DNA of 64,000 bases, taken from contig CAVYRJ010000001.1 of assembly GCA_963770935.1 (NCBI GenBank), positions 1 to 64,000 on the forward strand, in the 5' to 3' direction. The notes beneath the pieces were generated by a model. That model saw nothing but the letters and a program-made list of their open reading frames with translations. It was not told the DNA's origin and did not search any database. This document shows, one piece after another, positions 40,508 to 52,334 of this stretch (its first letter is position 1; each line of letters starts with the position of its first letter). The DNA is from Candidatus Bathyarchaeota archaeon (GTDB lineage: Archaea > Thermoproteota > Bathyarchaeia > Bathyarchaeales > Bathycorpusculaceae). Both the position numbers and the translations under genes were made by a program.

Positions 40508-40678
40508 ATGCCGCAACGCGTTATTTGCCATGGTTGCAATCATGTTTTATATGAAGGCAAAGATCTCAAACCACCAGACGAAATCATCGCGCAGCACGGC
40601 GGAAAATGCCCAAAATGTGACAGAAAACTGTCCCTGTTGCCTATGGACGTGGAAGTTAAACCCTTAAGCAAGCGTTGA
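40508..40678 (+). CDS. 56-aa zinc-ribbon protein (not in ORF track)
   Basis: MPQRVICHGCNHVLYEGKDLKPPDEIIAQHGGKCPKCDRKLSLLPMDVEVKPLSKR*; two CxxC motifs. Confidence 0.75.
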   Translation: MPQRVICHGCNHVLYEGKDLKPPDEIIAQHGGKCPKCDRKLSLLPMDVEVKPLSKR

Positions 40679-40685
40679 CAACAAC

Positions 40686-41378
40686 TTGAATGCCCCAACC
40701 GAAGCCTCGTTTGATTTGTCAGCTGAGACCCATTGGGAAATGGCAGCAAAAACCAGAATGGGCAAGTACCTAACCAACCTGGAAACCGATTTTATTTCTA
40801 AATCAATTGACCTATCCACAGAGAATATAACAGTGATGGATGTTGGCGCTGAAGCGGGACGCTTCTCGGTTTATGCCGCTAACACTAAAGCCACGGTTGT
40901 AAGCGTCGACATTAATTCTTATGCTCTCAAAAGGCTTAAGCTCAAAACTAAACAGGTTAACATTATCCAGGCAGATGCAAGACATCTACCCTTAAAGGAT
41001 GCAGTGTTTGATGTTGTTTTTATGATTGAAGTTTTGGATTATATCCCCGAACTGGAACAAGCTTTGTCTGAGTGTAAGCGCACTTTGAAGCCCAATGCTT
41101 CCACCATACTATCTTTTGGCAACAAATCAAGCCTTAAAGCGAAACTGAAGGCAATGCAGGGAAAATCATACCGCCACTCATACAAGGAAGCTATGCACAG
41201 CCTATCTAAGACAGGGTTTTTGGTGAAAAAGAAACTGGGGTACAGTTGGTTGCCATTTGGAAGGACTTCTCAGAGCGGTCTTGTGCCTACTCTAGCTGGG
41301 TTTGAGAGAGTTTTTGGGTTACGAAGGATTGTTAGGTTTAGCCCTTGGGTCATTATTCATGCAACCAAACCCTCTTAG
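40686..41378 (+). CDS. Class I SAM-dependent methyltransferase
   Basis: VMDVGAEAGRF, VDIN, QADARHLP...FDVV, LKPN. Confidence 0.85.
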   Translation: MNAPTEASFDLSAETHWEMAAKTRMGKYLTNLETDFISKSIDLSTENITVMDVGAEAGRFSVYAANTKATVVSVDINSYALKRLKLKTKQVNIIQADARHLPLKDAVFDVVFMIEVLDYIPELEQALSECKRTLKPNASTILSFGNKSSLKAKLKAMQGKSYRHSYKEAMHSLSKTGFLVKKKLGYSWLPFGRTSQSGLVPTLAGFERVFGLRRIVRFSPWVIIHATKPS

Positions 41379-41459
41379 TCACTTGAAGCCATTCTGGCTG
41401 GTTTTGGAAAGCCATAAATAAATCGCCAATGTGTAAAATAGTACAATCGCAATATACAT

Positions 41460-43765
41460 TTGGAAGAGATGCTTAAAGTGGGCGAAGGAATTAAGGAACG
41501 ACTCGGTAATAGCTTATCGATTTTTAGCGGACTTAGAATGCAGGTGAGCCATGGTTCAATCATTGCTTTCTCAGCGCTGATTATGATTCTCTTTATTGCT
41601 TTCACAGTTCGTATTTTACCCCTACGTTGGGAAAACCTCTCAGGAGGCACAGCACTCCTAAATGAGTTTGACCCCTACTACCAGTTCAGCATAACCCAGC
41701 ATATGGTGGATAACGGTTTACTTTCACCTTATTGGCCAACACACTGGATTAACTTGATGAAATGGTATCCTAACGGATTAGACATGTCTACATCGTTACC
41801 AGCCCTACCTATGACAGCTGCCGTACTCTATCAAATTGTCACATTATTCGGCGCAAAAATCGATTTAATGACGTTTTGCTCCGTCCTACCAGCCTTCATT
41901 GGCAGTGGTATCATGTTTAGTTCTTTATTTTGTAGGCAAAGACATGGGTGGAAAAGCAGTTGGTCTATTTGCAGCTCTATTCCTCGCGTTAGCGCCATCA
42001 TTCTTGCAGAGAAGCTCGCTTGGATTCTTCGATACGGAAGTACCGGGTGTCCTTGGGCTAGTTCTATTCATATTCTTGTTTCCTAAGATCAGTTGATGGT
42101 AACAGGTCACTGCGCGCATCATTACTGTATTCGCTTGGCGCCGGTGCGGCATTGGCTTATTTCATCTCAGGCTGGGGAGCAGCATATTACCTGATTGCAC
42201 TATCAGTCCTGTTTGTCTTTGTCATGGTCCTGTTGAAGAGATACAGTCAAAGACTGCTGATTAACTATAGCATCACGTTTGGTCTTGCGTTGTTTATAGG
42301 AACAAAGGTTCCATACATCTCACTTAGCTACGTTATCTCAGCAGCAGTGCTTCCAGTCGCCGCAGTGTTTATCGTGCTTGTACTTGCAGAAGTTCTGCGA
42401 AACAACATTTCCATGAGAAGCAAGATTGCGCTAGCAGTCGCTTCTCTGGTAATAATCGTCGGTGGCTTTGTTACTCTCGCAGTAACGGGCTTCCTTGGCG
42501 GTATTGCTGGAAAGTTCATAACAGTTTTAGACCCATTCATCAGAGCTGCTTCCCCACTTATCGATTCAGTTGCAGAACAGAGAATCTCAGGATGGGGAAA
42601 CCTCTATTTGGAATTAGGCATAGGCATACTATTCTTCCTAGTAGGTTTGTACTTTGTATTGAAAAATCCAACCAACAGAAACATCTTCCTGTTGCTCTTT
42701 GCGGTTACCTCGCTTTACTTTGCAACTTCAATGGTGCGTCTACTGGTACTATTTGCGCCAGTTTTCGCTATAATAGCTGGCATAGGAATAATTAGCATGA
42801 CAAAACCGTTCTTCACTCTACTCCAAGAAGCGCCACGTACTTTAGCTAAGTCAAAGCGAAGATTGGCACGTGTAAGCAAAGAATACAGCGGACTCGCTGT
42901 CTTTGTGATCTTCATAATCTTGGTGACCAACTTGGCGTTTTCACCCCAAACTGGAGGGATGCCAAGAGCCATCTCGCAAGCCTACTCTCCGACTGCAATC
43001 AGCGCTTCAAGCCTTCCAGTAGGCGGAGCAAGTCTAACCCAGCCAGTAACGGCATGGCTTGATGCAGTAAGTTGGCTAAAGAACAATGTTCAGTCAAGTA
43101 CTGCTGTTGTAATGTGGTGGGACTACGGCAACTGGTTAGCTGACCTTGGAAACGTAACCAGCTTAGCAGATAATACTACAGTAAATAGCACTCAAATAGA
43201 GAACGTGGGCTTCATGTTTATGGGCAACGAGAACCAATCGATGGCAATGCTCAATAGCTATGGGCAAGATCGCGTCAAATACATCGCTGTCTTTGAAGTC
43301 CTACAAGTATCTCAATCAAGCAGCGGCTCAGATTCATACGTTGTAAGCCCAGCCGGTTACGGTGATGAAGGCAAATGGGTATGGATGGCTAGAATTTCAG
43401 GACAAGCAAAAACTAGACTCCTGAACGACGGCTTCATGAACCCATCAACAGCATGGACAAATGAAACACAATTCGGCACAAGTGACCCAACAACGGGCAG
43501 ATGGGTATGGAATGACCAAGGATTAAACTGCACCGTGTTTGAACTGTTGAACTATGCAGAAGTGCAATACGCCAACACCATGACCGCTTTAGGAGTCAAT
43601 GTCCAACCAGACCAAACAACGACAACGCCAACATACTTCAAAGAAGCCTACTTTGCAGGAGTACAAACATCACCCTTCCAATACGGAGGCCTAGTGCCGA
43701 TAATCGCAATCTACGAAATTGACTGGGCAACATACGACGCCCAACACGGCATAACACCGCCCTAA
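41460..43765 (+). CDS. aglB: Oligosaccharyltransferase AglB/STT3 (frameshifts near 41905 and 42085-42120)
   Basis: EFDPY, GFFDTE, SVAE, WWDYG, DNTT, DEGKWVWMARI. Confidence 0.92.
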
Positions 43766-43779
43766 GCAGGAGCAAAGCA

Positions 43780-44675
43780 GTGTTTCCAAAGGTCCCAGAT
43801 CAACACAAAGTTGGTCGACCTTTAATCCCCAACGGTTTAGGCGTTCTTTTTGTCCTAACCACAACCATTTATCTTTTCTCGATTTACTTTTTAAATAAAG
43901 TGGTTCCCACTTTGGAATTTGATACTTTAGTGAACGGTGTCTCTGCCGCTTTAACCCTTGCAGTCTGTATATTGTTTGGCGGTTTCATGGGTCTTTTAGA
44001 TGACTTTATGGATCTGAAATGGCGCTACAAAGCATTCATGCCCCTAATTGCAGCATTACCACTAATGTATTATGTGTTTGAGGGTTTACAGACTGGTGCC
44101 ATTCGAACTTCCATAGCCCTTCCCTTCTTGGGAACCTTACAATTCGGCGCATACTATGTCTTTCATAATTGTCCCGCTTATTGTTATGATTGTCACAAAC
44201 ACCGTTAACCAGCTTGGTGGGTTAAACGGGCTCGAAACCGTTTGCCCAGCCATCGTCATCTTGGGATTGATGGCGTTTTCACCCATCCCACATCCTAATG
44301 GTCGGACCCCTATTCTTCTGGCTCATCTTGGCCTTCTTTAACGTACGAGGCAAAATTTTTGTGGGAAACGCAGGCTCATTTGCCATAGGAATAACCATCG
44401 CATCATTCGCCGTTATATCCGATCTAAAAGTTAACCTCTTAATCTCCATTCTGCCCTTCATATTTAACTCATCAATTATCTTGCTCTCAATCTTCTTCAC
44501 CCGTAAAAGAGCCAAAGTCATCTTCGACGGCACAAAACTCAGCTCCGACAGCAGAAAAAGCCTTGTAACAATCATCTGTTACCGACGCCCCTTAACTGAG
44601 CGGCGCATAGTGCAGATAATCGCCATCGTAGTTGGGCTCTTTACGCTGCTTGGCGCTCTAATCCAACTTTTTTAA
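43780..44675 (+). CDS. UDP-HexNAc:polyprenol-P HexNAc-1-P transferase, GPT/AglH-like (two frameshifts)
   Basis: DQHK...IPNGLG, GLLDD, NTVNQLGGLNGLE, KIFVGNAGS. Confidence 0.8.
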
Positions 44676-44748
44676 GTTAGAAAACAGCGGAAAACAATTA
44701 TTGAGAAAAATATCTTGACCTTCATGGGTTTTAAAACAGGTGTTTACG

Positions 44749-47485
44749 TTAGGCTCCAAGGAAACTTTCAAGGCGTGTTAACCCAATAATTTCATCAAAA
44801 TTCAAACCCAACGCATCCAAAACCTGATCAAAAGTGCTATGCAAATAAGCGATGTATTTGTCAACGTCTACTTCATTTCGGGACGCCAACTCCGCCGGTT
44901 TTACTCGATCCTTGTTACTATTAACTTTTACAAAGCTGATGAGGTCGCCTGCGCGGAGTTCTTTACCGCTTTCCTGAAGAATTTTGGCGGCTTTCACGTG
45001 TTGAGGCGTTGTTTTTGTGTAGCTTGCAACTTCATCGCCCAAAACCACATGGAACGCAAGCTCACTCATCTCACCCCATTCACGCCGTTTAAGAGCATTA
45101 TATCGTTCGCGCACGATGGCAGCTATGTCTTTTCTTGCTTTTTCGAAGTCTTCAGGGTTCTTGACTTTGGCAAGTCGCTCTTTCATTTGGTTAAATGCGC
45201 CTTTGATGAAGGTTGGAATGTGTTTTTTCTTGCCCGTTAGCCCCTTCACGTCGACGGTGCCGTCTTCGAGAACGCCTAGGTAGTTTTTCTTGCGTGAACT
45301 AAAAACCGCGTAGCGGTAGACTTTGTCAACATCTATGCCCATTCCCAATTCATGCTCGGTGTAGTGAACTACATCTTCGATTTGTTCTTTAGTTGGATTT
45401 TTGAGGAATAAGCTGTCTGTGTCGCCATAGAGAACTTGAATACCCACGGATTTGGCGTGGTTAAGGATTTGAGTGATGCTGTAGCGTGCCGATGGCTGCT
45501 GTAGCTTCTGCAACAGGCGGACAGTAGAGGTCGAAGCTGTCGGCGCCAAACACGCCATAGCTGGCGTTTAAGATTACCTTGAGTGCTCCCTGTGCGATGC
45601 TGTACCAACTGCGAAGTTCCGGTGGCAGCGACTTGTCTTTGGCGCGGCTCTTGTACCAACGCACACGCAAATCTCGAAGCGAACCAATCAGAAGGCTTTC
45701 CAGACGCTCGTTTTTCTGTGCAGACCCAGTGCTGTTGTGTCAGGTATGGTGTGGCTTTTGCAGTTGGGGTGGCTGCAGCAGATGGATTGGTAGCCAAGGT
45801 TCCAGACTTTGATGATGGAGGGGTACAGGCTGGGAAAGTCCATGACTGCCACGTTGAAGTGTACGCCAGGCGTTGGTTCCACAACGATTGCGCCTTTGTA
45901 TTTTTTGCCCTTAATTACGGCAGTAGTGCTGGTTTTGCCTTTTTTGGTTAGGATGTCTTCGGCGTTTGGGATGAGGAAGTTGCGTTTACGATGCTCGCGG
46001 TGCATAAAGTTACGTATCCAGCGGCTAACACCTTGTCTGCTAACGTCTTCCATGGGCATGCTGGCAATTCTTGTTAAAACCAGAATTAGCTTCATTGCGG
46101 AATCATTTTCGAAACTGGTTAGTTTATAGGTGATTTCAGAGTCCCGCAGACAATACGCTGCAAGCTCGCTATAGTTTAAGTCGCCAAAGTTCTTGTCAAG
46201 TGCATTTTTTGGGTGCCAATTAACGCGCAGCCAACATCATCTAGACTGACATCTTTGTATTTACCGCCGTAAGCATAAATTTGGATACTACGGTTGAAGA
46301 AGAACTTGTAGAGGTCAATGTGGATACCGTATCGTAAGGAGACAAGTGCGTTTACCTATGTCTATAGGTATGTCGCGTTTACTAAAGCCCAAGTTATACG
46401 CGCGGTGGGCGAGGTATCGGAGGTCAAAGTCGTCGCCGTTAAAAGTTAAGATAAAAGGGTAATCCCATAGGACATCGAAGACTTTTTTGAGTAATTCCTC
46501 CTCAGACTCACAGAACTCAACATCTATGCCGGCGGTTAAGACTGGTCACCATCTGCATGCTCTCACGTTTAAGGATAAACACACGTTTTTCGTCCATCTG
46601 AACTGTAGACGGAGCAGGCAATTACGGGACATGCGCCTTCTCGTGCATCGGGCATCCGTGTGGATAGGGGTGAGTAAACTTCGATGTCTATGGCGGCTCG
46701 GCGGAACTTTGGCGCTGGGTACTCGAGTAGTTTAGCCCAACTTTTCGCGTACTCAGCATACTCCCGTTCTGCATCTGTTTTGCAGTCATTGAAAAGGGCT
46801 TTGATTTTGTTAAGGTTCTCTGTGGCTGTGTTGTCGACTCTTTCGATTAAGTTGCCGTTTTTAACTTCATAAATCATACCTGGCAACAATTGCTGGTCAA
46901 AAATGTAGGATTGGTAATACTTTATCTTTGATTCCCAAATCTTGAGTTTCGCTGTCCTAATGTTGTCAGCCGAGACTTTTGGGAAATCCGCTGGCACAAT
47001 GTCTCGTATGGTGTCGCTGGTCTTCCTCCAATGGCCAAGAGGGTCTTTAGCAGATTATTTTTGTGACTTCAACTTCCGGTTGTCGCTAAGAGGATCAAAT
47101 TTTTTGTAGACTTCAAACTTTCAAAGCCTGGATGATGTAGTAACTCGTTCGTATTCGTTTGGAGGTCGTATGGTTTTAGGTTGGTTACACAGTAGGGTTT
47201 GTGGCCTGTGTTGTCATACCAGAAGTAGAGGTTGCCTGACTCGGGTTCGTAGAGTTTTATGACTGCCTTCTTTTGGCGCCCATCGTAAGAGGCAGAAACA
47301 AAATACGAAGGCGGCAGGTTTTCAGGGGCTATGGGCGGAAATGGTAGGCGCGTCTCGTTTTTTGGGCTTAATTACCTCGACTTCTTGAATCGGGGATGTT
47401 TGAGCTGGCGCTTGCGCTTTAACCTCCACTTTAACGGGAGGTTTAGTTTGCTCTCTCATAAAGAAATCTAAAGATTACTCGCCAT
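44749..47485 (-). CDS. polB1: Family B DNA polymerase, PolB1-type (many frameshifts)
   Basis: YFWYDNTGHKPYC, IDIEV, TFNGDDFD, DFPSLYPSII, KVILNASYGVFG, YGDTDSLF, KKNYLG across successive frames. Confidence 0.9.
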
Positions 47486-47722
47486 CCCCAGTTACCCTTA
47501 GCGACTACATATGGTACAGAGAGACTAAAATCCTTACTGACTAAAAAAACCAAGATTTATCCATGGTTTAACTTTTAAAATTATGGACAAAAACCAGAAA
47601 AATCTTGAAATTGTGCAGTATCAATTACCTAAGGATATGTGGCTGTTAACATGAAATAACATAGCTGCTAGGTTTGAATTCTTATTAGGTGCACCTGTGT
47701 TTTTCTTAGCTGTGAATTTGAT

Positions 47723-49070
47723 TTGTTACGGGACGCTTGGACTGTTGCCATAGAGACTCTCAGTTGGATAGAAATGCGCCGACTCAACGAGCGAGCTGCA
47801 TTGATGAAAACAGTAAAACAACTCACCATCAAAGACCCAAGTGCGATACGTTTCGCTTACGGCTTAGTAGTTGAGACTGAACGTCGAAAAAACCTTATCG
47901 ACAAATTCATTAACACTGTGGTGGAACCCAAAAAAATCGGCGAGTACACAATGGGCATCCAAGCATTCCTGCGTTTGTACGTTTACCAGACGCGTGTCGT
48001 TAAAAACTGGGGAAAAATTAACCTCAAAGAAGCTGAAAACGTCGCATCCATGGGCAGAGCAATATTGGGCTGGCAAACTATGCGGGAAATCGAACCATTT
48101 TTGGGCTTTTTGCTCACCAAAAAATTGGCTCCAATCATGGAAACAACCAACTGAAACAGAAAGAATCAGCTTGCAAACTTTCCATCCTACATGGTTTGTG
48201 GAGTACTGCTTGAAGCTTTTTGGGCATGACGAAGCGATAGCACTCCTAAACGGAAGCATGAAGTCACCGCCAAACTACATCCGAATCAACACCTTAGCAG
48301 CAGCTGAAGATGCAATTCTTCAAAAACTTAAAGAGGAAGGCGTGGAACTGGAAAAAACTGAGCTTCTAAATTACACTTACAAAGTCTTATCATCCAAAAA
48401 GCCTTTGAATGCCCTACCAAGCTATGCAGAAGGCTTATTCTATGTCCAGGACAAAGCAAGCTGCTTTGCCACCCAAGCCGCAAACCCAAAGCCAGGCAAC
48501 ACCGTATTTGATGTTTGCGCTGCACCAGGTGCTAAAACAACCTTCATTGCCCAGCTAATGCAGAACCAAGGCACCATCTACTCTTTGGATTTCTCTTCTA
48601 AACGCATGAAAACCTGGAAAAAAGAAACTGCCCGCATGGGAACCAAAATTGCTGAGCCAGTAGTTGCGGATGCCCGCGTTTCTGTGCCCTTGTTGGGTGA
48701 AGCTGACCTTGTGATTTTGGATCCACCATGCACGAGCACAGGCGTATTTGCTAAGCAGCCCTCATCGAAGTGGCGCCTGAGCCCCAATTCAATACGGAAT
48801 ATGTCGGAGCTCCAGTGGCAAATGATTAACAACTGCGCAGAAAAAGTTGCAGTTGGCGGCGTCTTAGCCTACTCAACCTGCAGCATAACCCTCGAAGAAA
48901 ACGAAGGCATAATTGAGCGATTCATTAAAGAACACCCAGAATTCACCCTAATGGACATTGAACCCAAAATCGGCATGCCAGGACTAAACGGCTTAACACA
49001 ATGCCAAAGGTTATACCCACACATTCACCAATGCAATGGTTTTTTCATAGCAAAACTACAAAAAAAATAA
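47723..49070 (+). CDS. RsmB/NOP2-family RNA m5C methyltransferase (frameshift near 48150)
   Basis: NusB-like N-part; YVQDKAS, DVCAAPGAKT, LDPPCTSTG, YSTCSI. Confidence 0.9.
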
Positions 49071-49092
49071 TCGACAATTCGATAATTAAAAA

Positions 49093-49689
49093 TCAAGCAG
49101 TACCAAAATCGCCCAGTGTTCTTTGGGGGGTTTCTTTGGTGAATAATGGATATGTTATTTTTGTTCCTTCGACTTGTGCCAGAGAGTTGAGTTCATGGTT
49201 GATGACGCTGTCTTTGCTTATTATGTGTTCAACTTTTATGTGCCGCACCACTAGGGCGTCGGAGATGAGGTTTCGGTGGCATCGCCAAGGCAACGCTTCC
49301 GCACACATTAGCGCTAAACGGTTTTCCCTTGCTAACGCCACGATTTTTAGCAAGTTAACGTTAAATTCTGGGGTTTGCATGTAGTCGGCGTAACCTCGGA
49401 AACCGCTGTTTTTCCATGCGGTGTTGACAGAGTCGTGTTTTGGATGCCTTAAGCCGCCGATTTCTGGCATGTGAATGTATTTTATGCCGTAATGTTTGAG
49501 GGTGGTTGGGAGGGTTTCCTTGTTGAACTGGGGGTTGTGCTTGCTACGGGGAACTGTACGTACATCCACTAGTAAAGTTACACCATAAACCTCAAGCAAT
49601 TGAAAAAACTCCTCCAACGTACGAGTAGAATGCCCAATCGTTAAAATAATCACATCTGAAGCTTTAAACAAACCACCAACTCTCCGCAA
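49093..49689 (-). CDS. DUF488 family protein
   Basis: TIGHSTR, DVRTVPRS, GGLR, LMCAEALPWRCHR. Confidence 0.88.
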   Translation of the reverse strand: MRRVGGLFKASDVIILTIGHSTRTLEEFFQLLEVYGVTLLVDVRTVPRSKHNPQFNKETLPTTLKHYGIKYIHMPEIGGLRHPKHDSVNTAWKNSGFRGYADYMQTPEFNVNLLKIVALARENRLALMCAEALPWRCHRNLISDALVVRHIKVEHIISKDSVINHELNSLAQVEGTKITYPLFTKETPQRTLGDFGTA

Positions 49690-49920
49690 AACTAACTATA
49701 TGAATTAAAATATAAGAATACTAATCAAACGTAAACTAAAGGTTCAACGATAGTTAATCATTATCCCAAAACTGCAAATCAATTTAATTAGGAATGCTTA
49801 TTAAAACTTGTTTTTACATTGTTTGCTCGCAGATAATTGCTAGACCTTGTTTCAATTCTTTCCAGCGTTCCTCAAAACCAAAACCATATCCTTCAAGCAA
49901 ACACAGGCACCTAGAAGCGG

Positions 49921-49980
49921 ATTATTTCTTTTCCAAAGTACTCGCAGGAGCTTAATCCTGTTGAGCAGTTATTTTGTCGC
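49921..49980 (+). mobile_element. IS630-family transposase scar
   Basis: Translates IISFPKYSQELNPVEQLFCR, matching the IS630 LPxYSPELNPIE motif; no complete ORF. Confidence 0.55.
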
Positions 49981-50054
49981 TGCCAGCGGCGAAATATCAT
50001 TTATGCAAGACATTTGCAGATGAGGATTTTATGCATAAAATATTGAATATTTAT

Positions 50055-50240
50055 CTAATTAGCTATAAAATAGAGGTGAAATTTATTGGTTAACAGCTGC
50101 AAGTCGAAGCCCAACTCCGAGAGCTCCTCAGGAACCTTAGAGATGCGTTCTGATGATGGCTGTTGAGCGACTTTCTGCATTCCTGCCTTTTCAGCAAAGG
50201 GCGAAAATTTTGACATTACTGCATATAGCTGGTGATTCAA
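50055..50240 (-). pseudogene. Fragment of a GNAT-like, mobile-element-associated protein
   Basis: AVMSKFSPFAEKAGM resembles the GNAT C-terminal 'PFxEKxG' motif; N- and C-parts are missing. Confidence 0.4.
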
Positions 50241-50393
50241 AACAATGCAGGGACTTTAAACTCTCCAGTTCAAAGTTTTTGGCGGTATTCAGAAACCTTT
50301 GAAAAATCTTTGGTTTTTTTGTATTATTGGTTTCGACAAGTTTTAAAACCGTTGGGGTGTATAGCAGGTCAAGATGTTTTGTGAGGATTGAGG

Positions 50394-50904
50394 ATGAGGG
50401 GGAAGCCGTGGTCGATTGATGAAGAGCGTTATTTGCGTCAACTTATTGAGGAAGGAAAAGGCTTCACTGACATTTCAGAAACTATGGGCAAAAGTCGTGC
50501 TTCAGTTAAGAATAAAATATACAATTTGGGTTTATCTCTAAAAAGATAACACCCAACCGCAAATTCCAATAGCCGTATCATCATCACCATCATCATCTTC
50601 TAAAGCTCCAATCGCAAATCCAACTTCTCCTACAGATGTTGCCAGCGCAAATGAGGCTTGTCTCGAATTGAAAACGGCTGGACCATTGCCAAGTGTTGAG
50701 GAAAAGCTCAAGGTCATGGATGCTGCTTTGGTGGCGTTAGAGCGTCCTGGTCTTCGCGCGACTGAGATTTCACGTTTACATAATATTATTATGGGTGTAA
50801 AAGTGTACCAGCGGCTCTTTGCCGATTTTGTGAACTATCGTGCATTGGAATCTGAAGTTTTGGAGTTAAGAAAACAGCTTGCGGCAGAGAAAAACAAAAG
50901 TTAG
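50394..50904 (+). CDS. Myb/HTH-domain protein, candidate small terminase (frameshift in the A-run near 50542)
   Basis: MRGKPWSIDEERYLRQL...ISETMGKSRASVKNKIYNLGL; removing one A joins it via a Ser/Pro linker to ORF 50668..50904 (coiled coil). Confidence 0.6.
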
Positions 50905-52334
50905 TTCAAAATTTCCTCGGACCTTCAATTCCGATGAGATTCAATCTCACTGGCGAGGCCTTCGTGAAGAATATCGAATCCATCAAGAGTCCAAGGTTGT
51001 GAAGCTCGATGCAGTTAAGGGTGACACAGCAAAGTTCTTCAGTGACATTTGTCGTCTAAAACCTTTCAACTATCAGCTTGAGCTAGCGGAATTATATCGG
51101 AAAAATCAGTTTCTTGCGGTTAGGTGGCCAAGACAAACCGGCAAGAGCACTTCAATCGGCGGATTACTACTGCAGGATGCCTACGAGAACCCCGACCTAA
51201 ACATTGGCTTCATTGGTCCAAGTTGGCGCCAAACGAAGCTGAATCTTCGGCGGGTAGCGGATTTTTGCCGCAACCTTCCCCAAGGAAGCTCCCATGTCCA
51301 GAAAACCAGAATTAGCTTCAAAAACGGCTCAGTCATTGAAGCCTTTCCAAACAACGCTGATACAATCCGAGGCAACACATTTCATCGGCTTTGGTGGGAC
51401 GAAACCAATTTCACCGCTGGCGATGAAGATTTGTATGATGCTATTTTGTTTACGTTGGGCACAACAAACGGTAAGTTAGTTGCTAGCAGTACGCCTTTTA
51501 ATCGAGATTCGTTATTTTGGAGGATGTGCAACCACAAGGATTATGCGGATTTTGTTAAGCAGCATTTTAGTTGGGAGAAAGCTTTGGATCCTTCGGGGCC
51601 TTTAAATCCGCAGATGATTGAACGCATTAGGCGGCAGTTTGGGGATGATCCAGCTAGGTGGCGCCGAGAAATGGAGGCTGAGTGGGCTGAAGACGAAGAC
51701 GTCTGGCTCTCCCAAAGCTTAATCTCCAGCTGCATTGGCTAAAAACTGTGGGGAGGACCTGCAGGAATTTCGGCCTGAGGTTGGCTATGAGGGCGAGTTT
51801 TATTGTGGTTTGGATCCTGCTCAAACTAAAGATTATCATGTGCTCTGTGTTGTGGAACGGGTTGGCGAGAAGCTACTACTTAGGCACCTGAAAATCTTTG
51901 GCCATCCAACCTATGACGCCTATGTGTTGGGTTACCTTAAGTCCCTGCAGGATAGGTGGGGCGGCTTTCGCAAAATTCGAGTTGACATTACCAGGGAAGG
52001 CCCAAGCTTCATTTTGGATATGGAAAACGCCGGCATCAACAACGGTGAAGGCGTTGTTTTTAGTTCTCCACGAAAAAGTGAGATGGCTGCTCTTCTTAAG
52101 AAACGTATGCAGGATGGAAGGTTTATTTTTCCTCTTTTAAATTGGGAAAAACCGTATCGGGGCGATATATGCAATGAGTTTAATGTGGAGCGGTTTGCTT
52201 TGCGTAAGGATGGCGGTTATGCTTTTAGTCATCCGCAGGGTACGCATGATGATGTTTTTTGGGCTTGCGTGCTAGCGGTTTTTAGTACGGTTGAGATGTC
52301 GGCGTTTGATCCGGAGGCAGCGCATTTTGGCTAA
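50879..52334 (+). CDS. terL: Viral large terminase subunit (frameshift near 51738)
   Basis: PFNYQ, Walker A WPRQTGKST, Walker B LWWDE, motif C SSTP, RREMEAEW; nuclease GLDPAQTKD...HDDVFWA. Confidence 0.88.

Noticed and set aside
7578-50600. Near-identical (TCA)n-TCTTCT tracts at about 7578-7600 and 50578-50600
   Set aside because: Low-complexity trinucleotide runs (Asp-rich on one strand, Ser-rich on the other); no flanking similarity, so not att sites.
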